This document shows, one piece after another, positions 9,713-19,892 of a stretch of 64,000 nucleotides of DNA. Position numbers and translations under genes: made by a program. Source of the DNA: Terriglobia bacterium (lineage in GTDB: Bacteria; Acidobacteriota; Terriglobia; UBA7540); the NCBI GenBank assembly GCA_041481635.1, contig JBGPCF010000001.1:18044-82043 (forward strand), written 5' to 3'. The notes below the pieces were generated by a model. It was not told the DNA's origin. It worked only from the letters and a program-made list of their open reading frames with translations, and did no database searches. Numbering within the stretch: the stretch's first letter is position 1; every line of letters starts with the position of its first letter.

Positions 9713-12187
9713 ATGATGAGCCTTGCCTCCGGCACCCGCCTCGGGCCTTACGAAGTCCTCTCGCCGCTCGGCGCCGGTGGGATGGGCCAGGTGTATCGCG
9801 CCCGGGACACGCGGCTGGCGCGCGATGTGGCGCTTAAGTTTTTGCTAGGGGAGGGTGGAGACCTCCCCTACGATGTTCAAGCCTTGGAGCGTTTCAAGCG
9901 GGAGGCGCGCGCCGCCGCCGCGCTGAATCATCCGAACATCTGCACCATTTACGAAATCGGTGATCACAATGGCCGTCCATTCATCGCCATGGAACTCATG
10001 GAGGGCCAGACGCTCAAACAGGTGATTGGCAGGGGGGCGCTTCGCGCCCCCGCAGGAAGCCAAAACCCTCCCCTATCCGTCGACGGGCTGCTCGATTTGG
10101 CCGTTCAAATTGCCGATGCCCTGGACGCCGCGCACCAGAAGGGAATCGTTCATCGCGATATCAAGCCGGCCAACATTTTCGTCACTGCGCGCGGGCATGC
10201 GAAGATTCTCGATTTTGGTTTGGCGAAATTGACCGGGCCGCCGGGGTCCGCGACAGTCGGCGACGGGGACACCGCCGCTACTGCACCCATCGACGAGGCG
10301 CATCTGACAAGGCCCGGCGTGGCGATGGGTACGATCGCTTACATGTCACCTGAGCAGGCACAGGGCGAAGCGCTTGACGCCCGCTCGGATCTCTTCAGTT
10401 TCGGGTGCGTGCTCTACGAGATGGCGACGGGCCGCCAGGCGTTCGCGGGTGGGACGACGGCAACGGTTCTCGCGCAGATTCTCAGGGACCCGCCGCCACC
10501 ATCGAGGCAGTTGAACCCGGGGATACCGGCCAAGCTCGATGAGATCATCCTGAAGGCCCTCGAGAAGGATCGGAATCTACGTTACCAGACGGCGTCCGAC
10601 CTGAGGGCCGATCTCTCCCGACTGTGCCGTGACACGAGATCGGCAAGTGCGCCAAGTGCCCAAGCGCCCACGAAGCGGCCTGCACGAGCCGGCAGGGGAA
10701 GGCGATGGGCGGCCGTGGCAGCTTCGGCCTTCCTAAGCCTCGTCCTCATCGCTTTTGGGCTGAACCTCGGCGGCCTCCGGGAGCGGTTACGAACCGCGCC
10801 CCAACCCGCGACAATCCGCTCCCTGGCGGTCCTGCCGCTTCAAAACCTTTCCGGTGATCCACAACAGGAGTACTTTGCCGACGGCATGACCGAAGAGTTG
10901 ATCACGGATCTCGCGAAGATCAGTGCCCTGCGGGTGATCTCGCGCACGTCTGTGATGCAATATAAGGGGTCCAAGAAGTCGGCGCCCGAAGTTGCTCGGG
11001 AGCTGAATGTGGACGCGCTGGTGGAGGGTTCAGTCGAGCGTGCGGAAAATCGGGTGCGGATCAATGCGCAGTTGATCGACGCCATGAGCGACCGGCATCT
11101 GTGGGCAGATAGCTACGAGCGCGAACTGAAGGACGTCCTGGCATTACAGAGCAGCGTGGCGCGAGCGATTGCCGGAGAGATTCGGATCAAGGTCACGCCT
11201 GCTGAACGGAGGCTTCTGGAGGCGGTTCCCGCTGTCAACGCCGAAGCCCACGACGCCTGGGCAAGAGGAAATTATCACTTTAACAAAGCCACCGAGGAAG
11301 ATCTGAAAAAAGCTATCGAGTACTTCAACCAAGCGCTCGAAAAGGAGCCCGGTTACGCGCGGGCTTATGTTGGCCTGGGTGCATCCTATGCAGCGTTGTG
11401 TCCGTCCTACCGTTCACCACACCAAGTCATTCCCCAGGCTCGCGTGGCGGCGATGAAGGCTCTGGAATTGGACGATAGCCTGGCCGAAGCGCACGCCCTG
11501 CTGGGTGGGATTCAGCTCGTGTACGACTGGGATTGGTCCAGCGCAGAGAAAGAGTTTAGGCGGGCTATCGAGCTGGATGCAAGCTCGGCGAGTGCCCATG
11601 AAGGTTACGCCACCTATTACAGTGCGCTGGGAAAAAGTCGGGATGCCGTTGGGGAGATGAAACGGGCGCAGGAACTGGATCCGCTGTCAATGGGGGCCAT
11701 CATGGACCGCGCCTGGACCTTATACATTGCGCAGGCATACGACGAGGCGACGGAACAATGTAAACGAGACTTGGATACTAGCCCCTCCTATGGCTTTGCT
11801 CACAGCGTCCTGGGCATGATTGCGCTGGAGCACGGTCAACGAGAATTGGCTCTATCGGAAACACGGAAAGGGGTCGAGGTGGACCCAAGCCCGTTCAACC
11901 TTGAAATGCTTGGGACAGCCGAGGCTGTGCTGGGGATGCGAGCCGAGGCCCTCGGCGTGGTGGAAACACTCAAGAAGCGGTCCGCCAAGGAGTACATCTG
12001 CATCTACGAGTTGGGAGCGATATATGCCTGCCTGGGAGAGAGGGACCTGGCATTTCAGTCGCTGAATCGCGCTTGTGATGATCACGACGTTTGCATGATG
12101 TGGCTTCAAGTTGACCCGCGATTGAAATCTCTTCATTCCGACCCTCGCTTTCGTGACTTGCTGCGCCGCATCAGCCTAACGCCCTAA
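9713..12187 (+). CDS. Ser/Thr protein kinase with TM segment, TolB_N-like module and C-terminal TPR repeats
   Basis: Hanks motifs [35 protein letters not shown]. Hydrophobic segment [21 protein letters not shown]-like repeats to the C-terminus. Confidence 0.9.
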   Translation: MMSLASGTRLGPYEVLSPLGAGGMGQVYRARDTRLARDVALKFLLGEGGDLPYDVQALERFKREARAAAALNHPNICTIYEIGDHNGRPFIAMELMEGQTLKQVIGRGALRAPAGSQNPPLSVDGLLDLAVQIADALDAAHQKGIVHRDIKPANIFVTARGHAKILDFGLAKLTGPPGSATVGDGDTAATAPIDEAHLTRPGVAMGTIAYMSPEQAQGEALDARSDLFSFGCVLYEMATGRQAFAGGTTATVLAQILRDPPPPSRQLNPGIPAKLDEIILKALEKDRNLRYQTASDLRADLSRLCRDTRSASAPSAQAPTKRPARAGRGRRWAAVAASAFLSLVLIAFGLNLGGLRERLRTAPQPATIRSLAVLPLQNLSGDPQQEYFADGMTEELITDLAKISALRVISRTSVMQYKGSKKSAPEVARELNVDALVEGSVERAENRVRINAQLIDAMSDRHLWADSYERELKDVLALQSSVARAIAGEIRIKVTPAERRLLEAVPAVNAEAHDAWARGNYHFNKATEEDLKKAIEYFNQALEKEPGYARAYVGLGASYAALCPSYRSPHQVIPQARVAAMKALELDDSLAEAHALLGGIQLVYDWDWSSAEKEFRRAIELDASSASAHEGYATYYSALGKSRDAVGEMKRAQELDPLSMGAIMDRAWTLYIAQAYDEATEQCKRDLDTSPSYGFAHSVLGMIALEHGQRELALSETRKGVEVDPSPFNLEMLGTAEAVLGMRAEALGVVETLKKRSAKEYICIYELGAIYACLGERDLAFQSLNRACDDHDVCMMWLQVDPRLKSLHSDPRFRDLLRRISLTP

Positions 12188-12252
12188 GCATTGAGTGGGA
12201 TGGCCGACATCACCGGGATTTCCGATATTGGGTTGCGGATTTTGGACGCGAA

Positions 12253-14958
12253 ATGACGCATTCGGCAGGCACCAAGCTCGGGCCGTATGAAATTCTCGCG
12301 CCGTTAGGCGCGGGCGGAATGGGTGAGGTGTATCGCGCGCGCGACACGAAGCTGGGGCGCGAGGTGGCCCTGAAAGTCCTGCCCGCCGCAATGGCGAATG
12401 ATGCCGAACTCATGGCGCGATTCCATCGGGAGGCCCGCGCTGCCTCATCCTTGAACCATCCCAACATCTGCACAATCTACGAATTTGATGAGCACGAGGG
12501 CCGGCCATTCATAGTGATGGAGATGCTGGAAGGACAGACGCTGAAGGACCGTGTTGCTCGGGGCACAGGAGCGGTTCGAGAATTAGGCCTCCGAATCGAC
12601 ATTCTGCTGGACCTTGCTATCCAAATTGCCGAAGCGCTGGACGCCGCACATCAGAAAGGGATCGTCCACCGCGACATCAAGCCGGCAAACATCTTTGTAA
12701 CCAGCCGCGGCCAAGCGAAGATTTTGGATTTCGGATTGGCGAAATTGGGTGTTGGGGCACCCCGTGGCGTGCCCCAACATGACGGCCCCACAGCGGCCAT
12801 GGAAGATGACCCCCTCACCTCTCCAGGCGTCGCGATGGGCACCGTGGCTTACATGTCGCCCGAGCAGGCACGAGGCGAAGAACTCGACGCGCGCACAGAC
12901 CTCTTTAGTTTCGGGGCGGTGCTCTATGAGATGGCTACGGGCAAGCGGGCCTTTTCCGGAACTACTTCAGCCGTAGTTTTCAACGCGATTCTCAGTGGAG
13001 CGCCTGACCCGCCGGTTAGCTTGAATCCGCAGTTGCCGGCCAAGCTTGGAGAAATCATCAACCGCCTGCTTGAGAAAGATTGCGACCTGCGCTACCAAAG
13101 TGCAGCGGACTTGCGCAGCGACCTCAAGCGCCTCAAACGCGACATGGATTCCGGGCGCGCCCCTGCTACATCAGGAATAACCGCCGGGAGTGGAATCGCT
13201 CCAGCGACGGCCCCCGAATTGGTGGGCGTCGCGCGCCGGGTCAAGCGATGGACTTTGGTAGGAACGATTTCCATAGTCACAGTCGCAGCGGCGGTCGTCC
13301 TGTATCTCATGGCGCGCCCGCTTCCCCCACCCCGGGTGCTGGGCTTCACACAAATCACCACCGATGGAATCACCAAAGGTTTTCTGAAAACCGATGGCGA
13401 AAGAATTTACTTCGATGAGGAAATGGCAGGCCACCCCACATTGCATCAGATCTCAGTCGTCGGGGGAGAGGCCGCAATTATTCCTACTCCATTCAAGGAT
13501 GCCTGGTTATGGGGAATCTCTCCCGATCACTCAAAGCTGCTGGTGCTGGAAGGTGATGAAGGGGGTGATGAGGGTCCGGTTTGGGAAGTTCCTTTGCCGG
13601 CTGGAACTCCGCGCCGAATCGGCGGCCTGCTCGCCCATGCCGCAGCCTGGTCTCCTGATGGAAGCCAACTCGCATACGCGAATGGGCGCTCTCTTTTCGT
13701 TATCCCCAGCCGAGGCGGTGAACCTCGAAAAATCGTTGACTTGCCAGGATTGGCTCACCCTCTTCGCTGGTCGCCTGACTCGACGACATTACGTTTTGGC
13801 CTCGAGGGTAATGGCCCTCAACCCGGCCCCCCCACTGTCTGGGAAGTTAAAATCGGCGGAACTGGGCTTCGCAGCGTGCTCCCAGGCTGGAATAACTTTC
13901 CGGGCTGGAACTATGGGGAGTGGACCCTTGACGGGAAATACTATGTTTTTGTGTCCGTCGGAAAGGAACGAAAAGGAATTTGGGCGCTCCGCGAACAACA
14001 CGGAATCTTTCAAAGGGCAAACCAGGAACCGTTTGAGCTAAGCAAAGGCCCCATCGATTTTACGGAAGCGGTTCCCAGCCCTGATGGCAAAAAGCTATAT
14101 GCGCTCGAGGAACAGGACCGGGGCGAATTAGTAAAATACGACTCCAACGCGCGCGAATTCGTGCCCTACCTTTCGGGAATCTCGGTTGTGTTCACCCAAG
14201 TCTCTAAAGATGGTCAGTGGTTAATCTACGTTGAGTATCCGCAAGGGACGCTGTGGCGAAGCAAGCCGGATGGTAGCGAGCGCCTTCAACTGACATTCCC
14301 ACCCATGAATGTCCTGGCTCCTTGCTGGTCAGCCGACGGAAAAACTATTGCTTTCGAGGGACAACAACAGGGCAAGCCCTCCAAGATTTACCTGGTTTCC
14401 TCGGAGGGCGGCAGTCCGCGCCAACTTTTCCCGGATGGACAAGGTGAGGGACGCCCGAGTTGCTCTCCACAAGGAAACTCGCTGGTGTATGCAAGCTATC
14501 CGGCTTCCCGCGCGGGTGACCTGAGCGCTTTGACAACGCATATATTCAACCTGGAGACCAAACAGATTTCCAACCTGGAAGGGTCAGAGGGCATGGGAGG
14601 CCCTCGCTGGTCGCCCGACGCCCGCTACCTGATCGCCATGCAGGACCCGCGCAGGATGATGCTCTTTGATTTCAAAACTCGAAAATGGAAGAAATTGGCC
14701 GATTCCGATGCGGATTTCCCCGAGTGGTCGCACGACGGAAAGTACATCTACTTTATCGGCCGTACAGGTAAGGCTGCGGCTGTGGTCCGGGTGCGCACCG
14801 TGGACGGCAAAATCGAACGGGTGATCGATCTCAAGGATGTCCACCAGGAGTGGGGTAATTTCGGACTCTGGTTCGGCCTCACTCCGGAGGACGCCCCCTT
14901 GATTTTACGCAGCAGAGGGTCCATCGATATTTACGCACTTGATGTGGACCTGCCGTGA
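12253..14958 (+). CDS. Ser/Thr protein kinase with TM segment and TolB-like beta-propeller domain
   Basis: Same kinase motifs ([25 protein letters not shown]). TM segment. Repeated WSPDG/SPDG motifs typical of TolB/PD40 propellers. Confidence 0.9.
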   Translation: MTHSAGTKLGPYEILAPLGAGGMGEVYRARDTKLGREVALKVLPAAMANDAELMARFHREARAASSLNHPNICTIYEFDEHEGRPFIVMEMLEGQTLKDRVARGTGAVRELGLRIDILLDLAIQIAEALDAAHQKGIVHRDIKPANIFVTSRGQAKILDFGLAKLGVGAPRGVPQHDGPTAAMEDDPLTSPGVAMGTVAYMSPEQARGEELDARTDLFSFGAVLYEMATGKRAFSGTTSAVVFNAILSGAPDPPVSLNPQLPAKLGEIINRLLEKDCDLRYQSAADLRSDLKRLKRDMDSGRAPATSGITAGSGIAPATAPELVGVARRVKRWTLVGTISIVTVAAAVVLYLMARPLPPPRVLGFTQITTDGITKGFLKTDGERIYFDEEMAGHPTLHQISVVGGEAAIIPTPFKDAWLWGISPDHSKLLVLEGDEGGDEGPVWEVPLPAGTPRRIGGLLAHAAAWSPDGSQLAYANGRSLFVIPSRGGEPRKIVDLPGLAHPLRWSPDSTTLRFGLEGNGPQPGPPTVWEVKIGGTGLRSVLPGWNNFPGWNYGEWTLDGKYYVFVSVGKERKGIWALREQHGIFQRANQEPFELSKGPIDFTEAVPSPDGKKLYALEEQDRGELVKYDSNAREFVPYLSGISVVFTQVSKDGQWLIYVEYPQGTLWRSKPDGSERLQLTFPPMNVLAPCWSADGKTIAFEGQQQGKPSKIYLVSSEGGSPRQLFPDGQGEGRPSCSPQGNSLVYASYPASRAGDLSALTTHIFNLETKQISNLEGSEGMGGPRWSPDARYLIAMQDPRRMMLFDFKTRKWKKLADSDADFPEWSHDGKYIYFIGRTGKAAAVVRVRTVDGKIERVIDLKDVHQEWGNFGLWFGLTPEDAPLILRSRGSIDIYALDVDLP

Positions 14959-15028
14959 TGGGAAATGTTGAGCACTACGTGCGGCGTCCGAGCCGCCCGC
15001 CGAAATCCCGAGCGCGACGAAGGATCTT

Positions 15029-17674
15029 ATGCTAAACCCTGGAACTAAACTCGGACCTAACGAGATCATCGGAGCTCTGGGCGCGGGGGGAATGGGCGAG
15101 GTCTATCGCGCCCGCGACTCGCGCCTTGACCGCACTGTGGCCATCAAGGTCCTGCCTTCGCATCTTTCAGCCGATGCGGAGCGGCGCCAGAGATTGGAGC
15201 GCGAAGCGCGCGCCGTCTCGAGCCTGAATCACCCCCATATCTGCACCCTTTATGACATCGGTCAGTACGACGGGACGGACTACCTGGTGCTTGAATATTT
15301 GGAAGGCGAAACATTGGCCGACCGCCTCGGACGCGGGCCACTGCCCACCGACCAACTCCTGCGAATCGCGATTGAAATTACCGACGCACTCGAAAAAGCG
15401 CACCACCAGGGCGTAATTCATCGCGATCTGAAGCCCGGCAACATTATGCTGACGAAAGCGGGATCAAAACTCCTGGACTTCGGTCTGGCGAAGCCGGCGC
15501 TGCGCCAGGAGTCGACGCTGCAATCCTCGTTGCCGACCGCCGCCAAGCCCCTTACTGCGGAAGGCGCGCTTGTCGGGACTTTCCACTATATGGCCCCGGA
15601 ACAATTCGAAGGCAAAGACGCCGATGCGCGATCCGACCTGTTTGCCCTCGGCTCCGTGCTTTATGAGATGGCGACAGGCAAGCGGGCGTTCGAGGGAAAG
15701 ACAACAGCCAGTGTGATTGCTGCCGTTCTGGAGCGCCAACCCGCGCCCATCACGTCCGTACAGCCCATGACGCCGCCCGCGCTTGAGCGCGTTGTCATGA
15801 CTTGCCTGGAAAAAGATCCCGAAGAACGCTATCAGTCCGCCCACGATTTGAAGTTGCAGTTGCAGTGGATTGCCGAGGCAGGCTCGCAGGCGGGCGTGCC
15901 CGCTCCGGTTGTGGCGCGACGAAAGAATCGCGAGCGAGTCACCTGGGCGATCATTGGAGTGCTGGCGGTTCTTTCAGTACTGCTCGCTGTTGGGTTCATC
16001 CTCCGCGCGCCCAAGGCTCAACCTTTGATCCGTGCCTCCATCAGCCTTCCTCCCCAGGCAATGACGCCGCCGCTGGGCTTTTTCTCCATATCACCCGACG
16101 GGCGCCGTCTGGTGTTTGTTGCCGCCGCAGCCGGAGGACAGCCTCAGCTCTGGGTGCGTCCTCTCGATTCACTCGCCGCTCAACCCCTCGCTGGAACGGA
16201 GCAAGCGATGTATCCCTTCTGGTCGCCGGACAGCCATTACGTAGGATTTTTCGCCGAAGGAAAGCTGAAGAAAATTGACCCCTCGGGCGGCCCCGCCCAG
16301 TCCCTCTGTAATGCTCCCGATGGCCGCGGCGGCGCCTGGGGCGGTGATGACGTGATCGCCTTTGCCCCCGGTGTATTCTCAGGGATCTTCCGGGTTCCGG
16401 CCATTGGCGGAACTCCGGTGGAGGTAACCTCTCCGGCAAATCCGGGAGATTCGTACCGCTTCCCAAGTTTCCTGCCAGACGGACGACATGTTTTGTTTCT
16501 ATCTCAGACCGGCTCAGGTAAAAAGGACCTTCTTCAAGTAGTGTCGCTGGAGTCCAAGGAGGTTAAGACCATTGCGGAGATCAGCAGTAACGCGGTTTAC
16601 GATTCTTCCGGCTACCTGCTCTATCAACGCGAGGGGAATCTGGTGGCGCAACGTTTCGATGCGGGGAAATTCGTTCTGAGTGGCGATGCGTTTCCGGTTA
16701 TCGAACATGTCCCGACCGATGCGGACCGCGGAAACGTGTTGTTCTCAGTCTCTTCGCAAGGCATCCTGGTTTATCCTGGCGGTGAAAACTCGAGCAAGGC
16801 TCAACTGACCTGGTTTGACCGCGACGGTAAGCAGCTCGGAACCTTGGGTGAGCCAGAGGACCTCGGGGGCCCAGCTCTTTCGCCCGACGGAAAGAAAGTG
16901 GTCGCATCGATCTCCGGGGCAAACGGAAAATTCAGCCTTTGGATGTTCGATGTGACGCGCGGGATTTCCAGCCGCTTTACCTTTACGGATTCTTCGGATT
17001 TTTTTTCTGTGTGGTCGCCCGACGGGAAGCAAGTGGCTTATTCAAGCAACCGGGCAGGCCGGCTGGAGCTTTACGTCAAGCCCGCGAGCGGTGTGGAAAG
17101 CGAGCAGTTGCTTGTAACGGGCGAGGGCGAGAGTATGCCCATGGACTGGTCGCGCGATGGCCGCTACCTGGCCTACCAGACCCAGAGCCGGACTACGAAG
17201 AAGTTTGACCTTTGGATTCTGCCCATAACCGGAGACCGAAAGCCCTTTCCATTTATTGGCACAGACGCCAGTGAAGAGGCGGGAACATTTTCCCCGGATG
17301 GCCGGTGGTTTGCGTATATGTCCGACGAGTCCGGGCGATATGAAATCTACGTTGTCCCCTTCCCGGGCCATGGAGGCAAGTGGCAGGTCTCGAGTTCAGG
17401 CGGGGGATTTCCGTCCTGGGTGGCGAACGGAACCGAGCTCGATTACTTTACAAACGACCGAAAGTGGATGGCCGTGGAAGTGAATGGGAAAGGAAACGAT
17501 TTTTCCATCGGGACAAGCAAAACACTCTTTGGCGGAAAACCGATCCCCGTATTTCCTCAGCGTGGTGCGTTTGTGACCCGCGACGGAAAAAAGCTGCTGA
17601 CGCCGGTGCAGGGGGACACTGGCTCCGTCCCCTTTACCCTGGTCACCAACTGGGGCGCAGCAATCAAGAAATAG
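15029..17674 (+). CDS. Ser/Thr protein kinase with TM segment and TolB-like beta-propeller domain
   Basis: [33 protein letters not shown] segment WAIIGVLAVLSVLLAVGF. Repeated (W)SPDG propeller motifs. Confidence 0.9.
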   Translation: MLNPGTKLGPNEIIGALGAGGMGEVYRARDSRLDRTVAIKVLPSHLSADAERRQRLEREARAVSSLNHPHICTLYDIGQYDGTDYLVLEYLEGETLADRLGRGPLPTDQLLRIAIEITDALEKAHHQGVIHRDLKPGNIMLTKAGSKLLDFGLAKPALRQESTLQSSLPTAAKPLTAEGALVGTFHYMAPEQFEGKDADARSDLFALGSVLYEMATGKRAFEGKTTASVIAAVLERQPAPITSVQPMTPPALERVVMTCLEKDPEERYQSAHDLKLQLQWIAEAGSQAGVPAPVVARRKNRERVTWAIIGVLAVLSVLLAVGFILRAPKAQPLIRASISLPPQAMTPPLGFFSISPDGRRLVFVAAAAGGQPQLWVRPLDSLAAQPLAGTEQAMYPFWSPDSHYVGFFAEGKLKKIDPSGGPAQSLCNAPDGRGGAWGGDDVIAFAPGVFSGIFRVPAIGGTPVEVTSPANPGDSYRFPSFLPDGRHVLFLSQTGSGKKDLLQVVSLESKEVKTIAEISSNAVYDSSGYLLYQREGNLVAQRFDAGKFVLSGDAFPVIEHVPTDADRGNVLFSVSSQGILVYPGGENSSKAQLTWFDRDGKQLGTLGEPEDLGGPALSPDGKKVVASISGANGKFSLWMFDVTRGISSRFTFTDSSDFFSVWSPDGKQVAYSSNRAGRLELYVKPASGVESEQLLVTGEGESMPMDWSRDGRYLAYQTQSRTTKKFDLWILPITGDRKPFPFIGTDASEEAGTFSPDGRWFAYMSDESGRYEIYVVPFPGHGGKWQVSSSGGGFPSWVANGTELDYFTNDRKWMAVEVNGKGNDFSIGTSKTLFGGKPIPVFPQRGAFVTRDGKKLLTPVQGDTGSVPFTLVTNWGAAIKK

Positions 17675-17690
17675 AGCCGGCAAAACAACC

Positions 17691-17746
17691 TGATGAACGA
17701 AAACGGATTCGTGACGCCGAGAAGGCTCAGCCGTCATCGTTCATCA
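17691..17746. terminator. candidate bidirectional terminator hairpin between the convergent kinase and peroxiredoxin genes
   Basis: TGATGAACGAAAACGG (17691-17706) pairs imperfectly with CCGTCATCGTTCATCA (17731-17746): 10 bp plus 4 bp with an internal mismatch. A T-rich run follows on the + strand. Confidence 0.4.
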
Positions 17747-17762
17747 TTTATCATTTCTTCAG

Positions 17763-18305
17763 CTACTTGGTGCCGCTCTTCTTGTGCTCCATCACATCGC
17801 AAGCCGCCCCGGCGCCGCTGGGGTCAATGGCTTCCTTGTCGACGTCGATGTGCTGGATGATTCCCTGCTTGTCGATCACAAAAGTGGTGCGATTGGCAAA
17901 ACCGTGTTCCTCGTTGTAAATCCCGTAATCCTTGGAAACGGTTCGCATGAAGTCGCTCAAAAGCGGAAACTTCACTCCAATTTGCTCGGCGAATGCTTTG
18001 TTGGCCGCCGGACTGTCTACGCTCACTCCCAGGACTTGCGTGCCGTTCGCTTCAAATTTGGCGATATCAGCCTGATACGCCTTGAGCTCTTTCGTTCAAC
18101 CCCCGGTGAAAGCGAGCACGTAAAAAGCCAGCACCAGATTCTTCTTACCCAGGAAATCGCTCAGCTTCACCGGCTTCCAGTCGGTGCCAAGCAGAGTGAA
18201 GTCCGGAGCCTTGTCCCCCACTTTGAGTGTTGCCGCTTGAGCCGCCAATGGACTGGCAAGGGCCAAAACCACTAGGACGGCAGCGGCGCGCAGTTTGTGC
18301 TTCAC
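17763..18305 (-). CDS. exported BCP/PrxQ-like peroxiredoxin with in-frame TGA (18096-18098) at the peroxidatic position; candidate selenoprotein
   Basis: Track fragments 18096..18365 and 17763..18026 share a frame and are joined by one TGA. Read-through gives ...[14 protein letters not shown]...RTTFVID.... GTG start at 18303-18305 lies 7 nt after AGGAGG. Signal peptide [24 protein letters not shown]. Confidence 0.75.
18060..18081 (-). promoter_or_regulatory. candidate bacterial SECIS hairpin of peroxiredoxin A
   Basis: mRNA 5'-GGCGUAUCAGGCUGAUAUCGCC-3' begins 14 nt after the UGA. It forms 4+4 bp with one bulged U and an AGGCU loop. The sequence is identical to the element in the paralog. Confidence 0.55.
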
Positions 18306-18383
18306 AGAATAGCCTCCTCTTAGAACATGCTTCATTGCGTTATAGCAGGCCGGATTATATCCCAAAAAACGGGAGACAGAGAG

Positions 18384-18399
18384 TTTTACAAGTGTAAAA
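18384..18399. promoter_or_regulatory. 16-bp palindrome in the peroxiredoxin A upstream region (candidate operator)
   Basis: TTTTACA-AG-TGTAAAA is a perfect 7-bp inverted repeat. On the minus strand it lies between a TTGACA (18404-18409) and a perfect TATAAT (18354-18359). Confidence 0.3.
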
Positions 18400-18428
18400 G
18401 TTTTGTCAATTTGGAGAGCCCCACAAAC

Positions 18429-18962
<534 letters not shown>

Positions 18963-19219
18963 ATATAAATCCTGCCCGATCAGATCCAGCCCGTACCCTC
19001 GTTCGACGAAAGCCGATTATAGCCTGCCCTCCTTCTTTCAGTGCCAGGAATCTCATTTAATCCAATGGGGCGGGTTATAAGCCGCGCTCCGAGGATTTCC
19101 CGCTGAAAATGGTCCCCGTCTGTTTAGGAATGGCGATGATTTTGAAAAATGATGTTGATATCCAACCTAAGACCAGAAGTTTTTACATTAAGATATTGAA
19201 AATAAAAGGTAAAAAATAC

Positions 19220-19248
19220 TTGACAGTATTACACTCATATTTTATCAT
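19220..19248 (+). promoter_or_regulatory. sigma70-type promoter of hsp20
   Basis: TTGACA (19220-19225), 17-nt spacer, TATCAT (19243-19248), in a locally AT-rich stretch about 50 nt upstream of ATG 19299. Confidence 0.5.
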
Positions 19249-19269
19249 GTACATGTGCTAATGCACATG
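19246..19269 (+). promoter_or_regulatory. overlapping palindromes at the -10/+1 region of hsp20 (candidate operator or 5' RNA hairpin)
   Basis: CATGTACATG (19246-19255) and CATGTGC-TAAT-GCACATG (19252-19269) are both perfect inverted repeats. Confidence 0.3.
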
Positions 19270-19298
19270 AAAGCTCAATTCCAAGGAGGATCAAAGCA

Positions 19299-19751
19299 AT
19301 GGCGATAGTACGATGGGAACCTTTTCGGGATGTTTTTTCGACGCAGGACCGGTTCAACCGGCTGTTTAACCAGACCCTTACCCAGATGTTTGGGGAGGAT
19401 GAGGGAAAGCTGGGCACGTGGTCTCCAGCTGTGGACGTCTTCGAGACCGACCAGAATCTTGTGGTGAAGGCCGAACTTCCGGGCGTCGACCCCAAGGACG
19501 TGGAAATTCGGGTGGAGAACAACACCCTGTTCCTGAAGGGTCAGCGGAAGTTCGAGAACGAAGTTAAGGAAGAGAACTATCACCGGATCGAGCGGTCCTA
19601 CGGTTCATTCACGCGAACGTTTGAGTTGCCCGGCTCGATCGACGCTGAGAAAGTATCGGCTGAGTACAAGAGCGGGGTGTTGACCCTGACGCTGCCCAAG
19701 CGCGAAGAGGCCAAGCCAAAGACGATCAAGATCAACGTCAGCAACAATTAA
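19299..19751 (+). CDS. small heat-shock protein, Hsp20/alpha-crystallin family
   Basis: Alpha-crystallin domain (WSPAVDVFETDQNLVVKAELPGV...GVLTLTLPK). Strong SD AAGGAGGA. Confidence 0.9.
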   Translation: MAIVRWEPFRDVFSTQDRFNRLFNQTLTQMFGEDEGKLGTWSPAVDVFETDQNLVVKAELPGVDPKDVEIRVENNTLFLKGQRKFENEVKEENYHRIERSYGSFTRTFELPGSIDAEKVSAEYKSGVLTLTLPKREEAKPKTIKINVSNN

Positions 19752-19799
19752 GGCAAGCTTGTGAGGTTGGGCCCTGAAATGCCCCCTCAACATTAGCGA

Positions 19800-19862
19800 A
19801 ACCGCGCCGGTGGTTCCCTGAAGCGATCCAGCCAGGGCGACAATTGGCGCGGTTCATTTTTT
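19800..19862 (+). terminator. candidate rho-independent terminator after hsp20
   Basis: AACCGCGCC (19800-19808) pairs with GGCGCGGTT (19846-19854), with an inner CCCTG/CAGGG stem. CATTTTTT follows. The loop is unusually long. Confidence 0.4.
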
Positions 19863-19892
19863 GAACTAGAATTCGAGAGTTGAGAGTCAACT

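Noticed and set aside
19246-19269. hsp20 palindrome as a CIRCE (HrcA) or HAIR (HspR) element
   Set aside because: It contains GTGCTAA, resembling a CIRCE half-site. However, the arrangement (7-bp arms, 4-nt spacer) does not match TTAGCACTC-N9-GAGTGCTAA or CTTGAGT-N7-ACTCAAG.
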